Positions 1 through 9,704 of a stretch of DNA of 64,000 nt are shown piece after piece. Each line of letters begins with the position of its first letter. Within the stretch, counting starts at the first letter, position 1. The position numbers and the translations under genes are program-made. Location of the stretch: sequence record MK250017.1; one strand, 5' to 3'. The notes under the pieces are model-generated. The model was not told the DNA's origin. It saw only the letters and a list, made by a program, of their open reading frames with translations, and did no database searches.

Positions 1-123
1 TCAACAAACTTCTTTCCGTATACATCAATATTCATCTTATTTACACCCTCTGCTAAAGTTTCATTAAGATTTTCTAATTCTTTCTTTATATCTACTTTTT
101 CCATAATAAATTTTATTTAAATA

Positions 124-1059
124 TTACATTGATCCATCATTTGGCTGCAAACACATAATACCATGTTCTCTCCACATTTTTACTACTTTTGAAGAATCTT
201 CCAAAACAAATAATACATTATAATATGGTTCAATAAATGTTTTATATAGGTTATACTTACAATCTGGACCCTTTGTAAAATTCTTGTATGGTCTCATCAT
301 AACCATATCTACATCACCATCCAAATTATTTTTTAACCATGTTTCAGTTGCTTTTCGTATATCAGGTGTATCTTCTCTACCTGTTAAAATAATAACTTTT
401 ACATTATCATCTTTAATATACTTATTAACTAACTTACAAATTTGTTCACATGGTACATCATTTGTCATTGTATCAGAAGCGCCATTACCATAAAATGGTC
501 TACCTTGTAAATTAAAACAAAGTGTTGCATCCATATCTACAAGAATACAATCTTTCTTATCCTTATCATATGGAACAAAACTGTTATATTGCTTCTTATT
601 AAGCTCTGTTGCTATAAAATTTCTATATTGTCTATATGTTCTCTTAATAACAGATTCTCCAATTGGATTTGTTCTCATTGAATCTCGCCTAATACACTCT
701 TCAACTGAAACATCAAAGAAATCTTTAAATACAAGTTCATATTGATATTTAGTATGTGTATTATTATAATTATCAATTCTATCCTGCATTTCTTTCCAAC
801 CCTTTGGATTAAGGTTCATATTATCCATAATAATATTTAAACCGTTTTCCATTGATGATTTAAAAAATGCATCTGTCATTTCTTTAATAATGTTTAATTT
901 TTCTCTTTCCTCTACCCAATACTGTCCAAACATATTTCTAAGAGAATCCCAATTAATTCTAATTCGTTCTGTTGGTTTTTCCTTTGCCCATTGTTCTGCA
1001 TAAGTTGACTTTCCAGAAGCTTGAATTCCCCTTGTTAATATAATTTCTCTTTTTTCCAT
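124..1059 (-). CDS. pseT: Polynucleotide 5'-kinase/3'-phosphatase (T4 PseT-like)
   Basis: N-terminal P-loop RGIQASGKST, C-terminal HAD DMDATL, LEDS; no in-frame TAG. Confidence 0.85.
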   Translation of the reverse strand: MEKREIILTRGIQASGKSTYAEQWAKEKPTERIRINWDSLRNMFGQYWVEEREKLNIIKEMTDAFFKSSMENGLNIIMDNMNLNPKGWKEMQDRIDNYNNTHTKYQYELVFKDFFDVSVEECIRRDSMRTNPIGESVIKRTYRQYRNFIATELNKKQYNSFVPYDKDKKDCILVDMDATLCFNLQGRPFYGNGASDTMTNDVPCEQICKLVNKYIKDDNVKVIILTGREDTPDIRKATETWLKNNLDGDVDMVMMRPYKNFTKGPDCKYNLYKTFIEPYYNVLFVLEDSSKVVKMWREHGIMCLQPNDGSM

Positions 1060-1086
1060 TATTCTTTTCTAATTTTATTTACAATA

Positions 1087-1094
1087 CAAAGATA
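1087..1094 (-). promoter_or_regulatory. Bacteroidetes-type -7 promoter element (TATCTTTG)
   Basis: Matches TAnnTTTG within the conserved ATGTATCTTTGTATT motif; 28 nt upstream of the pseT-like ATG. Confidence 0.75.
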
Positions 1095-1144
1095 CATATA
1101 TTTTTCCTAAATAAAAAATATAAATCTAATTATTTTCCTAAAAA

Positions 1145-1357
1145 TTATTCATTATCCATAGACATTCCTATAGTTGCATTTCTCATACAATCTAAATAAC
1201 CTTTCATATATAATGATTTCATATGTTCATGTAACTTCTTTAATTTATCCGGTATGTCTGTTTTTATATCTTCTGAAATTTTATCATCACCAAATAAAGA
1301 TATAAGTGAAACTCTTGATTTATGATCAGCAATATTTTTTAATTTTTCTATATTCAT
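1145..1357 (-). CDS. Hypothetical protein
   Basis: ORF in co-oriented gene run. Confidence 0.6.
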   Translation of the reverse strand: MNIEKLKNIADHKSRVSLISLFGDDKISEDIKTDIPDKLKKLHEHMKSLYMKGYLDCMRNATIGMSMDNE

Positions 1358-1368
1358 ATTTTAAATTA

Positions 1369-2064
1369 TTATAAGTTAGACAAGACTAAACCTAAACAAT
1401 ATTCGTTATTAATATCACAAATAAATTTACTAAGTTTACCTTTTAATATTTCAGCGTTTATTTCAAATTCTTCTAATATCTCTTTTTCTTTCTTTATAGT
1501 ATTAATATCAGTTTCTTTCAAATAACTATAAGTATCTTTAGTTTTAAAATTAATATTAGATATTGTATCATTTCTGATAGAATTTATAATTAACATTACA
1601 GATAACTCATATGTATCTTCATTTAATGCTGAACCATGATAACCACATATACCTTTATTTTTCAGTTCAAAAAATACAGGTCCATAACAGTATTTTCCTT
1701 CATGTACAATAGTTCCCAATGATTTCAAACCAAATGTCTTACATATATTAAACTTCTTATCAAGATAATCATTAAATAATTTATTAATAAACATCATCTG
1801 ATATGAAATAAATGTATCAGCATTTAATTCTAATTTAAAATGTGTCTTATCTAAAATATCATACATTAAATCTTGTATATTCATATTACCTAATTCTTCT
1901 TTATATAAAGATGATAAACACATATATAATCTATGTAATGTTTCTTTAATATCATAATTAATATGAACATTTTTCAATTTATCTTCATAATAATTTAAAA
2001 TCGATTTATTAATTAATGTTGCTGCATTATCAATAAAATATTTTCTATTTTCATCATATGTCAT
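1369..2064 (-). CDS. Hypothetical protein
   Basis: 231-aa ORF in tight operon. Confidence 0.7.
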   Translation of the reverse strand: MTYDENRKYFIDNAATLINKSILNYYEDKLKNVHINYDIKETLHRLYMCLSSLYKEELGNMNIQDLMYDILDKTHFKLELNADTFISYQMMFINKLFNDYLDKKFNICKTFGLKSLGTIVHEGKYCYGPVFFELKNKGICGYHGSALNEDTYELSVMLIINSIRNDTISNINFKTKDTYSYLKETDINTIKKEKEILEEFEINAEILKGKLSKFICDINNEYCLGLVLSNL

Positions 2065-2078
2065 ATAATTTAAAAAAA

Positions 2079-2276
2079 TTATTTTTCTTTCATTCGTCTT
2101 AAGATATGTTTAGGTTCTGTATAATAAAAATAATCTTTTGTATTATCATCGATAATATTAAGATTGTATAATGCTTGTGAAAACCTTATATCTTTATATG
2201 TAGTGAGATATTTCTTCAGTATATCTAATATTTCCATATTAGCCTTATATCTCTCAAATGTTTCTTTATCTTCCAT
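2079..2276 (-). CDS. Small hypothetical protein (DIRFSQ motif)
   Basis: 65-aa ORF abutting neighbours. Confidence 0.65.
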   Translation of the reverse strand: MEDKETFERYKANMEILDILKKYLTTYKDIRFSQALYNLNIIDDNTKDYFYYTEPKHILRRMKEK

Positions 2277-2675
2277 TTAAAATAACGGATTAATTTTTAT
2301 TTCATCTGTTTTAGAATATTCAGTTACATTTAATCTCAATGTTTCATTTAACCATTCTGCAATTAAATGTCTATGACAAAATTCATCTGGTTTTTCAAAA
2401 CAACATAATGCACAGTCATTTCCACTTGATATAAATTTAATTCTATCTACAAATATAGATGGATCTTTAAATAAAGATAAAACTTCATTTTTATATCGTT
2501 TTCTGAATTCCTGATGATTAGATCTACAGTTATTTAATATATCAGGTGTAGGAGCAATTGCTATTAAATTAGGTCCATGAAAATCTTTTGGTGGATAACA
2601 GCATATTCCTATTGGAACTATATTATTCTCTTTTAATTTCTTTAGATTTCCAAAATAACTCGTATATATCTTCAT
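2277..2675 (-). CDS. DUF488-like protein
   Basis: MKIYTSYF start and LCCFEKPDEFCHRHLIAEWL motif. Confidence 0.65.
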   Translation of the reverse strand: MKIYTSYFGNLKKLKENNIVPIGICCYPPKDFHGPNLIAIAPTPDILNNCRSNHQEFRKRYKNEVLSLFKDPSIFVDRIKFISSGNDCALCCFEKPDEFCHRHLIAEWLNETLRLNVTEYSKTDEIKINPLF

Positions 2676-2678
2676 ATA

Positions 2679-2894
2679 TTATTTAAAAATATCTTCTAAT
2701 TTTTTATATTCATCTTTTGATATATCATATTTAACAACTGAAGATGAATGAGCAGAACTCAAAGTATTACAAGTATCTATATGGTAAGAATTATCATATC
2801 TATCAAGATAAAAACGTACTATACATGAAATATTAATATAACCTGCACTTTTTGTATATATAAATTTTGTCTTATTATTCTTTAACTTTATCAT
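2679..2894 (-). CDS. Small hypothetical protein; possible paralog of 41981..42286
   Basis: MIKLKNNK start, INISCIV motif. Confidence 0.6.
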   Translation of the reverse strand: MIKLKNNKTKFIYTKSAGYINISCIVRFYLDRYDNSYHIDTCNTLSSAHSSSVVKYDISKDEYKKLEDIFK

Positions 2895-2954
2895 AGTATA
2901 AAAACATTATTATATATTTTTTATATAATATTAAATTGATTTTGTTTAATATAA

Positions 2955-3278
2955 ATGGCAGGTTTTGTATATCTTATTTGTAACCCTGATTAGAATTGTT
3001 ATAAAATCGGAGTAACAAGGGATTTAGCATAGAAACGATTAAAATAGTTATAGACAGGAAATTCATCAAAATTACATATAGTTCATTCTGTATATAGTGA
3101 ATATCCATTTAGGTTAGAATCTATGTTACATAAAACATTTGATTCAAAACGTTCTGAAGGTGAATGGTTTAATTTAGAATAGAAGGATGTAATTAATTTT
3201 AAAGATATATGTAATGAAAAAATTAATATTATTAATATTATGAAAGATAATCCATTCTTTAATAAAGATTTAAAATGA
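2955..3278 (+). CDS. GIY-YIG superfamily T5orf172/Mug113-like protein (TAG=Gln)
   Basis: Absent from the ORF track. Read with TAG=Q: MAGFVYLIC..CYKIGVT..RLKQLQTGN..GEWF; 107 aa, 5 TAG, ends TGA. Confidence 0.85.
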
Positions 3279-3280
3279 AT

Positions 3281-3318
3281 AAAGGTGATATAAGTTATTG
3301 GATTCTTATATCACCTTT
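3281..3318. terminator. Bidirectional intrinsic terminator
   Basis: 14-bp inverted repeat aaaggtgatataag/cttatatcaccttt between convergent genes. Confidence 0.75.
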
Positions 3319-3323
3319 ATTTT

Positions 3324-3590
3324 TTACTTGTTTAATTCTTTATTTAATTCAATCATTTCATCTTCAGATAATTCATGTAAATTAATGAAATTATCTATAT
3401 CTAATAATCCATATTTCAGCATATATGCAATTGTCATTCTTACGGCATAATCTGCAACATCATATGTAGATGCAATTTCCATATTAGATAAATCTGGATT
3501 TTGTAATGTTATTGTTGAAATATTATCTGATAAATCATTAATTGCATCCTTTAATGAATTTATCTGGTTATTTGTTAATGTATTACTCAT
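3324..3590 (-). CDS. Hypothetical protein
   Basis: 88-aa ORF. Confidence 0.65.
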   Translation of the reverse strand: MSNTLTNNQINSLKDAINDLSDNISTITLQNPDLSNMEIASTYDVADYAVRMTIAYMLKYGLLDIDNFINLHELSEDEMIELNKELNK

Positions 3591-3620
3591 TTTATTTTTT
3601 ATTATAATTTAAATAAAAAA

Positions 3621-3652
3621 GATGTTATTAAATTGTGAAATTTAATAACATC
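3621..3652 (-). terminator. Intrinsic terminator downstream of the large ncRNA
   Basis: 14-bp stem GATGTTATTAAATT/AATTTAATAACATC followed by a T tract on the minus strand. Confidence 0.75.
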
Positions 3653-3811
3653 AAGAACTTATGAAAAACTGCTTAAAAATATTCTATTCTTTTTAGGGAA
3701 TATGTTTTAGATTTTTGTACAAACATAAGGTTCTGCCCCTTATGATTCATTTTAACGTTTGCTCGTTATAATGAATGTTCATACTGAACTTTGTTATGTC
3801 CATGAGGACAA

Positions 3812-4690
3812 ATGGCTGAGAACTTGACCAACACCGACTCTCTATGCTGTAACGTTGGAGTTACATGTTCACACAACTCTTATTTCTAAGAGGTTGAGAG
3901 CATACCCACAACTTTTGTGAAAAATCGTAAACTCTTACTTGATAGGTTTCATAGAAATTCATTTCATACCAACTTCCTTGGAAGGATTCAATGTGTCCCC
4001 ACATTTAGCACGATACTACTTTTACTATTCTCATGTCTTTCCTTGCGGTACTCGAATCATGTCTACATATTTCAGTAGAATAAGGGTATTTTAACCACCA
4101 AGTGTCGCACACTTTTGCTTTTGTATAATTTATATACTTAAATAATGTAATCCTAATATTATTATTCTTTATATATTATATTTGATTAGACTTGAAAGAC
4201 GAGGTGCGACCAATAGCATTTCTTCCTTTTGAGAAGAACCCACTAAATCGCCTTTCTGAATTTACATTGCACCATACAATCATAATTCTACTCTTATAAC
4301 TTAACTACATATTTCAGTAGTAATCTTACCATTTCTGAACAAGTTACCAGCTTGCATAGATTATTTAGTTTATAATCCATATAAGATTCATTATAACAAT
4401 TAATATCAGCACTGGGAATTGGTATTCCGATCACTGAATATCCATAAACATAAACCTATTGTATTACTACTCACATCAGTTGCATATTTCACTTCCAATG
4501 TATTTAAACTTCATCTCAGAAAGTTTTCCCTTGATTTCCCATTCAAACAGGTTATTTATGTTTGGTTTTCTGTAGAATGCTCATTATTCATAAACATCAA
4601 CCAACATGCCTACTGTTGATTTTTATCACATCACTGCTTTATCCTTAACTCCACCGAAACCATGGATTCATATTTCAAAGAACTCATTTA
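3812..4690 (-). ncRNA. Large structured ncRNA, GOLLD-like
   Basis: ~880 nt non-coding and more GC-rich than its flanks. Ordered motifs TTCTCAAAAGGAAG..GGTCGCAC..GCAAAAGTGTGCGAC..CTACTGAAATATGTAG..CCGCAAGG..TCTCAGCC recall GOLLD; GTCGCAC/GTGCGAC pair. Boundaries approximate. Confidence 0.6.
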
Positions 4691-4964
4691 AAATGAAATA
4701 ATCTTCAAATTAAATTTGTTATTATTTAGATATTTAACTTAATAACATATATCTATAATATATGTGAAGTTAACCTAAGAAAACTTTATTTAATTTAAAT
4801 AGAGAAAGATAATTATCTAAATCTTATCTTTTTTAAGAAATATAATTTAAACTAAATTTTATATACATAATTTATAACTTAAATTCTTCCAATGACTTAA
4901 GATATAAACACTTAATAAACATACTTAAATTTAATCAAATTATATATTCTTTTATAATTTAAAT

Positions 4965-4993
4965 ATTATATAATCTATAATTTAAAAAGTCTA
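4965..4993 (-). promoter_or_regulatory. Sigma-70-type promoter TAGACT-N17-TATAAT
   Basis: -35 at 4988-4993, -10 at 4965-4970, 17-nt spacer; upstream of the GOLLD-like RNA. Confidence 0.6.
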
Positions 4994-5182
4994 TATTTTA
5001 ATCAAAAAATATTTTATTTTTTTAATTACTTTATTAACTATATGTGTCTTTATCTTCTTTTAATTGATAAAATATAATTTAATTAAAAACTTAATAATTT
5101 AGATTATCAATATGTTTCAAATTTAAATATTATATATGATAATAGAATAATTGTCTATATTTTATAGAAAAAATTTTAAAAA

Positions 5183-5359
5183 TTATTTTAAACAATATTC
5201 TAAATCAAAAATAAAACTCCCTAATAATTCAATCTTATGTCTAATAAGTTCTGCTTCAAGATTAAATTTATGTTCTGAACAAAATGATAATTCAGATAAT
5301 AATTTAGTTCTTTCAGTTTTCCACTTATTTATTAAATCATCTTTAGATAACTCTTCCAT
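5183..5359 (-). CDS. Small hypothetical protein
   Basis: 58-aa ORF MEELSKDDLINKW.., below the track cutoff, in the minus-strand run. Confidence 0.5.
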   Translation of the reverse strand: MEELSKDDLINKWKTERTKLLSELSFCSEHKFNLEAELIRHKIELLGSFIFDLEYCLK

Positions 5360-5384
5360 AATACATTTTCTTTAATCTATTTCA

Positions 5385-5660
5385 TTATTTAATAGTAACT
5401 TTAATTTTTGAATCAGTTACTTTGCCATTAACAACAGTATTTATAGTATCAATAGAAATAGAATCAAGGCTCTTAATAAACATATTAGGTATCTTTACAA
5501 TTGTATCTACACTATCTCTTATCTGAATTGAATCTTTAGTAATATTGATAGTATCATGAATAGGTTTATTATTTGTTACATATCTTGGATTAATCCAAAA
5601 ATACTGAATAGCAACACCTACAATAATTCCTATAATAAATGTCCAAAAAATATGTTTCAT
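5385..5660 (-). CDS. Membrane-anchored hypothetical protein
   Basis: N-terminal TM helix, then DT/DS-rich repeats typical of Bacteroidetes proteins. Confidence 0.65.
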   Translation of the reverse strand: MKHIFWTFIIGIIVGVAIQYFWINPRYVTNNKPIHDTINITKDSIQIRDSVDTIVKIPNMFIKSLDSISIDTINTVVNGKVTDSKIKVTIK

Positions 5661-5680
5661 TTTATATTATAAATTAAAAA

Positions 5681-5890
5681 TTAAACTTTATTTATTAAAT
5701 CAACTAAATCATTATATGTTATCTCTTCATATTTTGTTTTATTTCTACTAATAAAAATAGGTTTATTTAATGATATATTAACATCTTTTAATATCTCATT
5801 CTTATCATTCTCTAAAACATACCAATGTGTTTGTTTATCTAATATTTTTCCAGAACTTGTCTGTCCTAATCCCAACCGTACTATTGTCAT
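5681..5890 (-). CDS. Hypothetical protein
   Basis: 69-aa ORF. Confidence 0.6.
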   Translation of the reverse strand: MTIVRLGLGQTSSGKILDKQTHWYVLENDKNEILKDVNISLNKPIFISRNKTKYEEITYNDLVDLINKV

Positions 5891-6425
5891 ATGAATATAA
5901 TATTTTTAATATTTGAAAAAATCTACCTTCAAAAAAGAAAGAAATNNNNNNNNNNNNNNNNNNNNNNNNNNNNNNNNNNNNNNNNNNNNNNNNNNNNNNN
6001 NNNNNNNNNNNNNNNNNNNNNNNNNNNNNNNNNNNNNNNNNNNNNNNNNNNNNNNNNNNNNNNNNNNNNNNNNNNNNNNNNNNNNNNNNNNNNNNNNNNN
6101 NNNNNNNNTGTTTTACCAAAAAGTCTACATTTATCTTAATTATTTTTTAATCGGATTAAAAATAATTTATAACTAATTAATAATCAATAATTTAAATAAA
6201 TTAATTTTCATATAAATTAATATAAAATAAAAATTCAGATCTAAATTACTTAAATTTAAATCTGAATTTTTAACTAATATAAAAAATTAAATATTATATA
6301 TAAATATCTATCTCAANNNNNNNNNNNNNNNNNNNNNNNNNNNNCAAGTTTCAAGAAAAAGTCTATTTTTTTACAAAATATTTTTAATAAACACTAAAAA
6401 TAATTTATAACTAATTGATATATAA

Positions 6426-7136
6426 TTATTTAAGGTATTCCATTACATCATTAAATGCTTTATTATATTCATCTTCTGATGAACTCTCTAATTTTTCATA
6501 ATATATACGTTCCTGTAATATCTCTTTAATATCTGCATATTCTCGTTTAATATTATATACAGGTTCACCATCAGACCAAGTCTTAACAATAACTCGAGTA
6601 ATATCTAAATATCCTTTATATACATTATCTAACCCATGAATTTTAATATATTCATATATTGGCATAAATGTTTCTTTTATCAATGATTCTTCATCATCTT
6701 TTGAAAGATTCATTTCTTTAATTTGATTTAGTTTTTCTGTATATTCTGCTTTATGAAATTTAAGCCTTAAGGTTCGATAACGTATATATGATGTCGGAAC
6801 AATAGGAACTATATTTGTTTCAGGAAAATCTGAACATAAAGGATAAATTTGATCGAATAACCAAATAATGTATTTGTTATTTACATTAAATTGATATAGA
6901 TTATAAGATTGACGTTTATCATTACTTAACTCCCATAGTTCCTCACTATATGGCATTACTGCAATATAAGTTTCATTCCATATAGAATTATCTAATTTAT
7001 CGATATGAATACTTCGTTCATTCGATCTATCTTTATTGATACAATATAATTTTACATCATCAGGAACAAGAATTTTATCTACATATGAATCATATGCAAA
7101 TCTCCAAATTTTATATTCTTTATAGTTTTTATTCAT
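6426..7136 (-). CDS. Hypothetical protein
   Basis: 236-aa ORF, TAG-free. Confidence 0.7.
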   Translation of the reverse strand: MNKNYKEYKIWRFAYDSYVDKILVPDDVKLYCINKDRSNERSIHIDKLDNSIWNETYIAVMPYSEELWELSNDKRQSYNLYQFNVNNKYIIWLFDQIYPLCSDFPETNIVPIVPTSYIRYRTLRLKFHKAEYTEKLNQIKEMNLSKDDEESLIKETFMPIYEYIKIHGLDNVYKGYLDITRVIVKTWSDGEPVYNIKREYADIKEILQERIYYEKLESSSEDEYNKAFNDVMEYLK

Positions 7137-7156
7137 TTTATAGAAATGTTAAATGA

Positions 7157-7456
7157 TTATCTTCCAATAGCATCATCATCTCCCCATCTGTTTTTAATAA
7201 CATACCCATTTTTATCTACAAAACAATTTGCAAATTTAAATAATTGTAAATATGTTATATTATTGGTATCACATGGTAATGAACCATATATTACATAATT
7301 ACCAGGTTTCATTTCTTCTACAATATTACCATATGTTTCTGGATATTTTGGATATGATGCAGTTTTCTTAGCAAATGCAATATTCAATTCAAGAATATGA
7401 AGTTTTAATTCAATATTTAAATTATCTATTGAATCTGTTTTAATAATATTATTCAT
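7157..7456 (-). CDS. Hypothetical protein (ATG start at 7456 preferred over TTG at 7525)
   Basis: MNNIIK..; the upstream extension is hydrophobic, AT-rich filler. Confidence 0.6.
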   Translation of the reverse strand: MNNIIKTDSIDNLNIELKLHILELNIAFAKKTASYPKYPETYGNIVEEMKPGNYVIYGSLPCDTNNITYLQLFKFANCFVDKNGYVIKNRWGDDDAIGR

Positions 7457-7611
7457 TTTATTATTAATTAAAATAATTATAGAAAAATCGAGAAAAATGA
7501 TATAAAAATACTCAAATTTTCTCAATTTTTCTTATGTTTTTGATAGTATTTTTCAAACAAGTAGAAGTATACTGTGATACTTTAAAATATTCGTTTTAAG
7601 TATCTAAAACG

Positions 7612-8256
7612 TTACTTTGTAGAACTGTTAAATTCTGCTCTAACTTTCTCAATTGCATCACACATATTCACCTTCTTACCAGTAGTACGATCTACCTTTG
7701 TACAATCGTCATTATTAGTGCCATAAATATATACATATGTATCATATGCCTCAGGAAATTCATCTTTTAACTTATTCAATGTTGTAATGTTATTCAATAC
7801 ACAAAGAACTTCTTTGGACCATTTATTGATTTTATATGCATCCAATATAATTTCACGACATTCTGCATACAACTTAGGATAATGAATCTCTAAATATGTT
7901 GCAAGTGGATGATTATCTGATGAATAACCATTATGAACATTGAAATTATTATAAAAGTTATTCAGAAGTTTTGACAATTTAAATGCAGGTGCAGAATAAT
8001 ATCTGAAATTACTATCCAATTCGTTACTTCTAAAAAAGTTATAACCATACATGTTATATTCTCTTGCATTCACATATTGAGGATACTTATCATAAAGATC
8101 TTTTACTTCTGTTGGAACTTCATTCCAAAGTGCATCTTCAATCTCCTTTGAAATCTTTTCAACTCGATCATCAATTTCCTTACGACGTCTCATAGTCTCC
8201 ATTCTACGTGAAATAGTCTGACGCTCATCTTTTGTTAATTTCTTATATGCTACCAT
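7612..8256 (-). CDS. Nmad5-like protein (nucleotide modification associated domain)
   Basis: KLTKDERQTI N-terminus and ITTLNKLKDEFPEA C-terminal motif. Confidence 0.5.
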   Translation of the reverse strand: MVAYKKLTKDERQTISRRMETMRRRKEIDDRVEKISKEIEDALWNEVPTEVKDLYDKYPQYVNAREYNMYGYNFFRSNELDSNFRYYSAPAFKLSKLLNNFYNNFNVHNGYSSDNHPLATYLEIHYPKLYAECREIILDAYKINKWSKEVLCVLNNITTLNKLKDEFPEAYDTYVYIYGTNNDDCTKVDRTTGKKVNMCDAIEKVRAEFNSSTK

Positions 8257-8281
8257 TTTATCTAATTTTTAAAAATATTTG

Positions 8282-8884
8282 TTAAACCTTTGTTCTTTTC
8301 TTATTATATGGATCATTCCAAATTCCTTTAATAATAAGTTTATCAATATCAATATTAAACTTATTTGCAATATCTTCAAGTGAAATCATGTTAGCTGAAT
8401 CCGATTCTTTATCTGCTTTAATCTTCTTTCTAAGAATCTTTTCGGTTTCTTTACGATAATACTCTGCATCGCCAGGGCTATCAAATAACTTAATATCAAA
8501 ATTAGTTAAATCTGTAACTTCATTTATATTCAAAAATTGAAGTTCACTATATATTGATAAACCAGATGTATATCTTATATGAGACCATGCAATATCGAAC
8601 ATTTCTTTTGCAGTTTCAACATAATGATACTTATCATTAAAAGATGTATTAATACTAAACAATACATAACAACCTTCATTTGAATTATTATAAATCATCA
8701 AAGGAAATACATAATTCATTTGAACTTTCTTATCATGTTCACATATACCACATCCCCATATAATTTTTGAATAAGGAAAAATATCATTATTATTTGGCGA
8801 ACCAATTGCATAATGACGATATGTAAAATCATCATTAATAAGATACTTATCTAAGTCTTTAATATCTTTAATATTATTAAACAT
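8282..8884 (-). CDS. Hypothetical protein with C-terminal HTH-like segment; paralog of 8955..9590
   Basis: ISLEDIANKFNID vs FTIKEIADALGVE; shared FDSxxDAExYRK. Confidence 0.7.
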   Translation of the reverse strand: MFNNIKDIKDLDKYLINDDFTYRHYAIGSPNNNDIFPYSKIIWGCGICEHDKKVQMNYVFPLMIYNNSNEGCYVLFSINTSFNDKYHYVETAKEMFDIAWSHIRYTSGLSIYSELQFLNINEVTDLTNFDIKLFDSPGDAEYYRKETEKILRKKIKADKESDSANMISLEDIANKFNIDIDKLIIKGIWNDPYNKKRTKV

Positions 8885-8954
8885 ATAATTCTTCTTTTAT
8901 ATTAAAACTTTTTTAACTCTTATTAGTATAATAATTACTAATGTGTCTTGTTAT

Positions 8955-9590
8955 TTAAATATGGTCAGCAGAATCAAATAATACATTCATATTTTCAATT
9001 GAATCAATTATCTTGAAATTAGACGTTTCAACTCCTAATGCATCTGCGATCTCTTTAATTGTAAAATAACCTTCTTTTGCTTTTTTAATAGCATTACGTG
9101 TATATTCTTCAAATGACTTGCGGTATGTTTCAGCAATATCAAATGAGTTAAAAATTTTAGCTGGATAATTTTTTGTAAAAAATACGTCGGAAAAATCACA
9201 TGAATATACACGAGGTGTAAAGAATGTACGAATTGTCTTCTTATTCTTACTAAGAATAGAAGGATATATACATTCCAAAACGTGTTTTGGAATTGCATGC
9301 ATATGATAGTATGGAGTATTAATACAATTATAATACTTAACAATAAGTATAGGTACAATATAATTATTAACAATACGATTATTTCTCTTTAAAACAATTG
9401 TATACCAGCAAATATTATAATCTTCTCCTAATTTAAGAGTAGATACATCAATACTATTATTAATAATTTTTTCTGCAATATCTTTATCAGTAAGATACTT
9501 ATTTAATTCTTCGAAAGAATTAATAGCAGATGCAGATGCATTAATTAATGTATTATGTGACTCTGATAAGTAATTTTTATTTGATTTCAT
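8955..9590 (-). CDS. Hypothetical protein with C-terminal HTH-like segment; paralog of 8282..8884
   Basis: See paralog. Confidence 0.7.
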   Translation of the reverse strand: MKSNKNYLSESHNTLINASASAINSFEELNKYLTDKDIAEKIINNSIDVSTLKLGEDYNICWYTIVLKRNNRIVNNYIVPILIVKYYNCINTPYYHMHAIPKHVLECIYPSILSKNKKTIRTFFTPRVYSCDFSDVFFTKNYPAKIFNSFDIAETYRKSFEEYTRNAIKKAKEGYFTIKEIADALGVETSNFKIIDSIENMNVLFDSADHI

Positions 9591-9628
9591 ATTCTTTATA
9601 TTTTTTAATTGTTTATTATTTTATAATA

Positions 9629-9636
9629 CAAAGATA
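9629..9636 (-). promoter_or_regulatory. Bacteroidetes-type -7 promoter element
   Basis: TATCTTTG in the conserved motif upstream of 9590. Confidence 0.75.
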
Positions 9637-9704
9637 CATATTTTATTCCAAATAAAAAAATGTCTACAAGAATATATTTCAATTCTCATAGACATATAAT
9701 TATA

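Noticed and set aside
4419-4619. 66-aa ORF
   Set aside because: Antisense to the structured RNA, no motif, no promoter
5835-6176. ORFs spanning the N run
   Set aside because: Artefacts of the assembly gap
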